This document shows positions 62,924 through 64,000 of a DNA stretch of 64,000 nucleotides, one piece after another. Positions within the stretch are counted from its first letter, which is position 1. Every line of letters begins with the position of its first letter. The translations under genes and the position numbers were made by a program. Source of the DNA: Lingula anatina. Its lineage: Eukaryota > Animalia > Brachiopoda. Where the stretch lies: the NCBI GenBank assembly GCA_051362555.1, contig CM120648.1:4894587-4958586 (forward strand). Direction: 5' to 3'. The notes under the pieces are model-generated. The model had not been told where the DNA came from and ran no database searches. It worked only from the letters and a program-made list of their open reading frames with translations.

Positions 62924-63349
62924 TAATATATCATTTCTGCACTGCCTGACCAGGCCCCTGCTTAACCCCTTAGTGCTGAGTGCCAAGCGGGGAGACAGCA
63001 GGTACCGTTTATGAAGAACTGGTATGTCCCCGGACGGGTTTTGAACCTACGTCCTCCCGCTCCGGAGGTGGACACTCTAACCACAAGGCCATCCGGTCGG
63101 TTTATACTTAGTACATAAAAAGCTGAGCTGAAAAAGTAAGGAGGTTGAATTGATGCTCTTAATGAGCTTTTATTGCACCATTTAAATTTGATATATTTTA
63201 GTAAAATATATAAATATATATATTCTCTTGGTGTTACCTGGATTTATATTATTATATTCCACGTGCAGAATTTAACAACTTTAAGATAGAACATGGAAAT
63301 CTCCGTAGCAAAATGAGAGTCTGCAGTATCCAATTTGGGGGGGGGGGGG
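62637..63349. repeat. Near-identical ~200 bp direct repeat (62637-62840 and 63156-63349), each copy ending in poly-G
   Basis: GCTCTTAATGAGCTTTTATTGCACC...CAGTATCCAATTT occurs twice. Confidence 0.92.
62947..63101 (-). mobile_element. tRNA-derived SINE, 5' part (Meta-domain-like body)
   Basis: Minus strand: A box TGGCCTTGTGG, B box GGTTCAAAACC, then GGTACCTGCTGTCTCCCCGCTTGGCACTCAGCACTAAGGG; no tRNA acceptor stem closure. Confidence 0.8.
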
Positions 63350-63467
63350 TATGATAAACAGGTTATTTATACTGATCTACTCCACACTCTCTGGTTCCTT
63401 TCGCTGTCCTTGCAATCGTTCACCCACGAAGTCTCGTCAAATCGTCCCCCAAACAAATGGTTGTTAA

Positions 63468-63712
63468 GGCGGCCGCCATCTTGTGACGTCCCACCGACTT
63501 CTAGAATAACGGACATCTCCAAGCTGAGGAGAGCGACCCCCCCCCCCCGTAGCTAGCTCTGCCCACCGTAACAGACATCGGACAATAGAGGGGTTTATGT
63601 GTAATCTCCTTATGTTGTAACGCCTTGAAGCAACCCAGTTATAACCCTTAGTCAAATTTTATAACCTGTAGGGGAATTCACGGAAGTAATTCAAGGAAGC
63701 TGCCTACTTCCT
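63468..63712 (+). promoter_or_regulatory. Candidate promoter/5' region of the second IAP
   Basis: YY1-type CCGCCATCTTG (63473), CRE-like TGACGTC (63484), kB-like GGGGAATTCAC (63671), ETS CGGAAGT/AGGAAG/ACTTCC (63681-63711). Confidence 0.4.
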
Positions 63713-63729
63713 GGGTACTCGCCGCTATC

Positions 63730-64000
63730 ATGTTGGAGAACGAATCAAACCCCCATAACCCTCGTGTCAATTGTGTTGTCACCAACGGGTTGATAGTAGG
63801 CAACAAAGGACTTGAGGACCCTGTGAAGAGATACATGACCTTTGCAAAGTGGTCTTCTCCGTCACCGGAACGCGAGAAGATAACGCGCGACTTAGCCGCT
63901 GCAGGATTTTACTTCGATGAAGACGAAAAGGTGATTAAGTGTCCTTACAGCTGTCAAGGGTCTCCGACAGGGGGACTGGAAACAGAGGAATCGGAGAACG
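63730..64000 (+). CDS. N-terminus of a BIR-domain (IAP) protein, truncated by the window end
   Basis: MLENESNP...DPVKRYMTFAKWSSPSPEREKITRDLAAAGFYFDEDEKVIKCPYSC: BIR signature RxxTF..W..LAxAGFY..V.C; open to the window edge; in-frame stop upstream at ~63649. Confidence 0.75.
   Translation, partial: MLENESNPHNPRVNCVVTNGLIVGNKGLEDPVKRYMTFAKWSSPSPEREKITRDLAAAGFYFDEDEKVIKCPYSCQGSPTGGLETEESEN

Noticed and set aside
63020-63101. tRNA gene on the minus strand
   Set aside because: A and B boxes are present but no cloverleaf closes, and the sequence continues into a SINE body

Overview
Eukaryotic, AT-rich, repeat-dense animal DNA. The spliceosomal introns, repeat types and IAP paralogues suggest a lophotrochozoan or mollusc, but this is inference. 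Nearly all ORFs in the supplied track are microsatellite or repeat noise. Real coding content: (1) a complete 14-coding-exon minus-strand gene (27831->20234, 841 aa by my splice model) encoding an AT-hook, about 9 C2H2 zinc fingers and a Q-rich tail; (2) a two-exon plus-strand IAP C-terminal module (UBA-like + RING, 48890-49847) with no BIR exons found upstream, isolated inside about 21 kb of nested Helentron-type non-autonomous elements (HINEs) carrying ~160, ~146 and ~336 bp tandem arrays; (3) the first exon of a second IAP with an atypical BIR, running off the right edge (63730->). The remainder is a collection of MITEs with verifiable TSDs and in-window empty sites, a 2.75 kb TIR element, a solo LTR, an L2 fragment, a tRNA-derived SINE, tandem and segmental duplications, and one possible decayed hammerhead ribozyme. 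Everything was read by eye; family names are pattern-based, not database hits.
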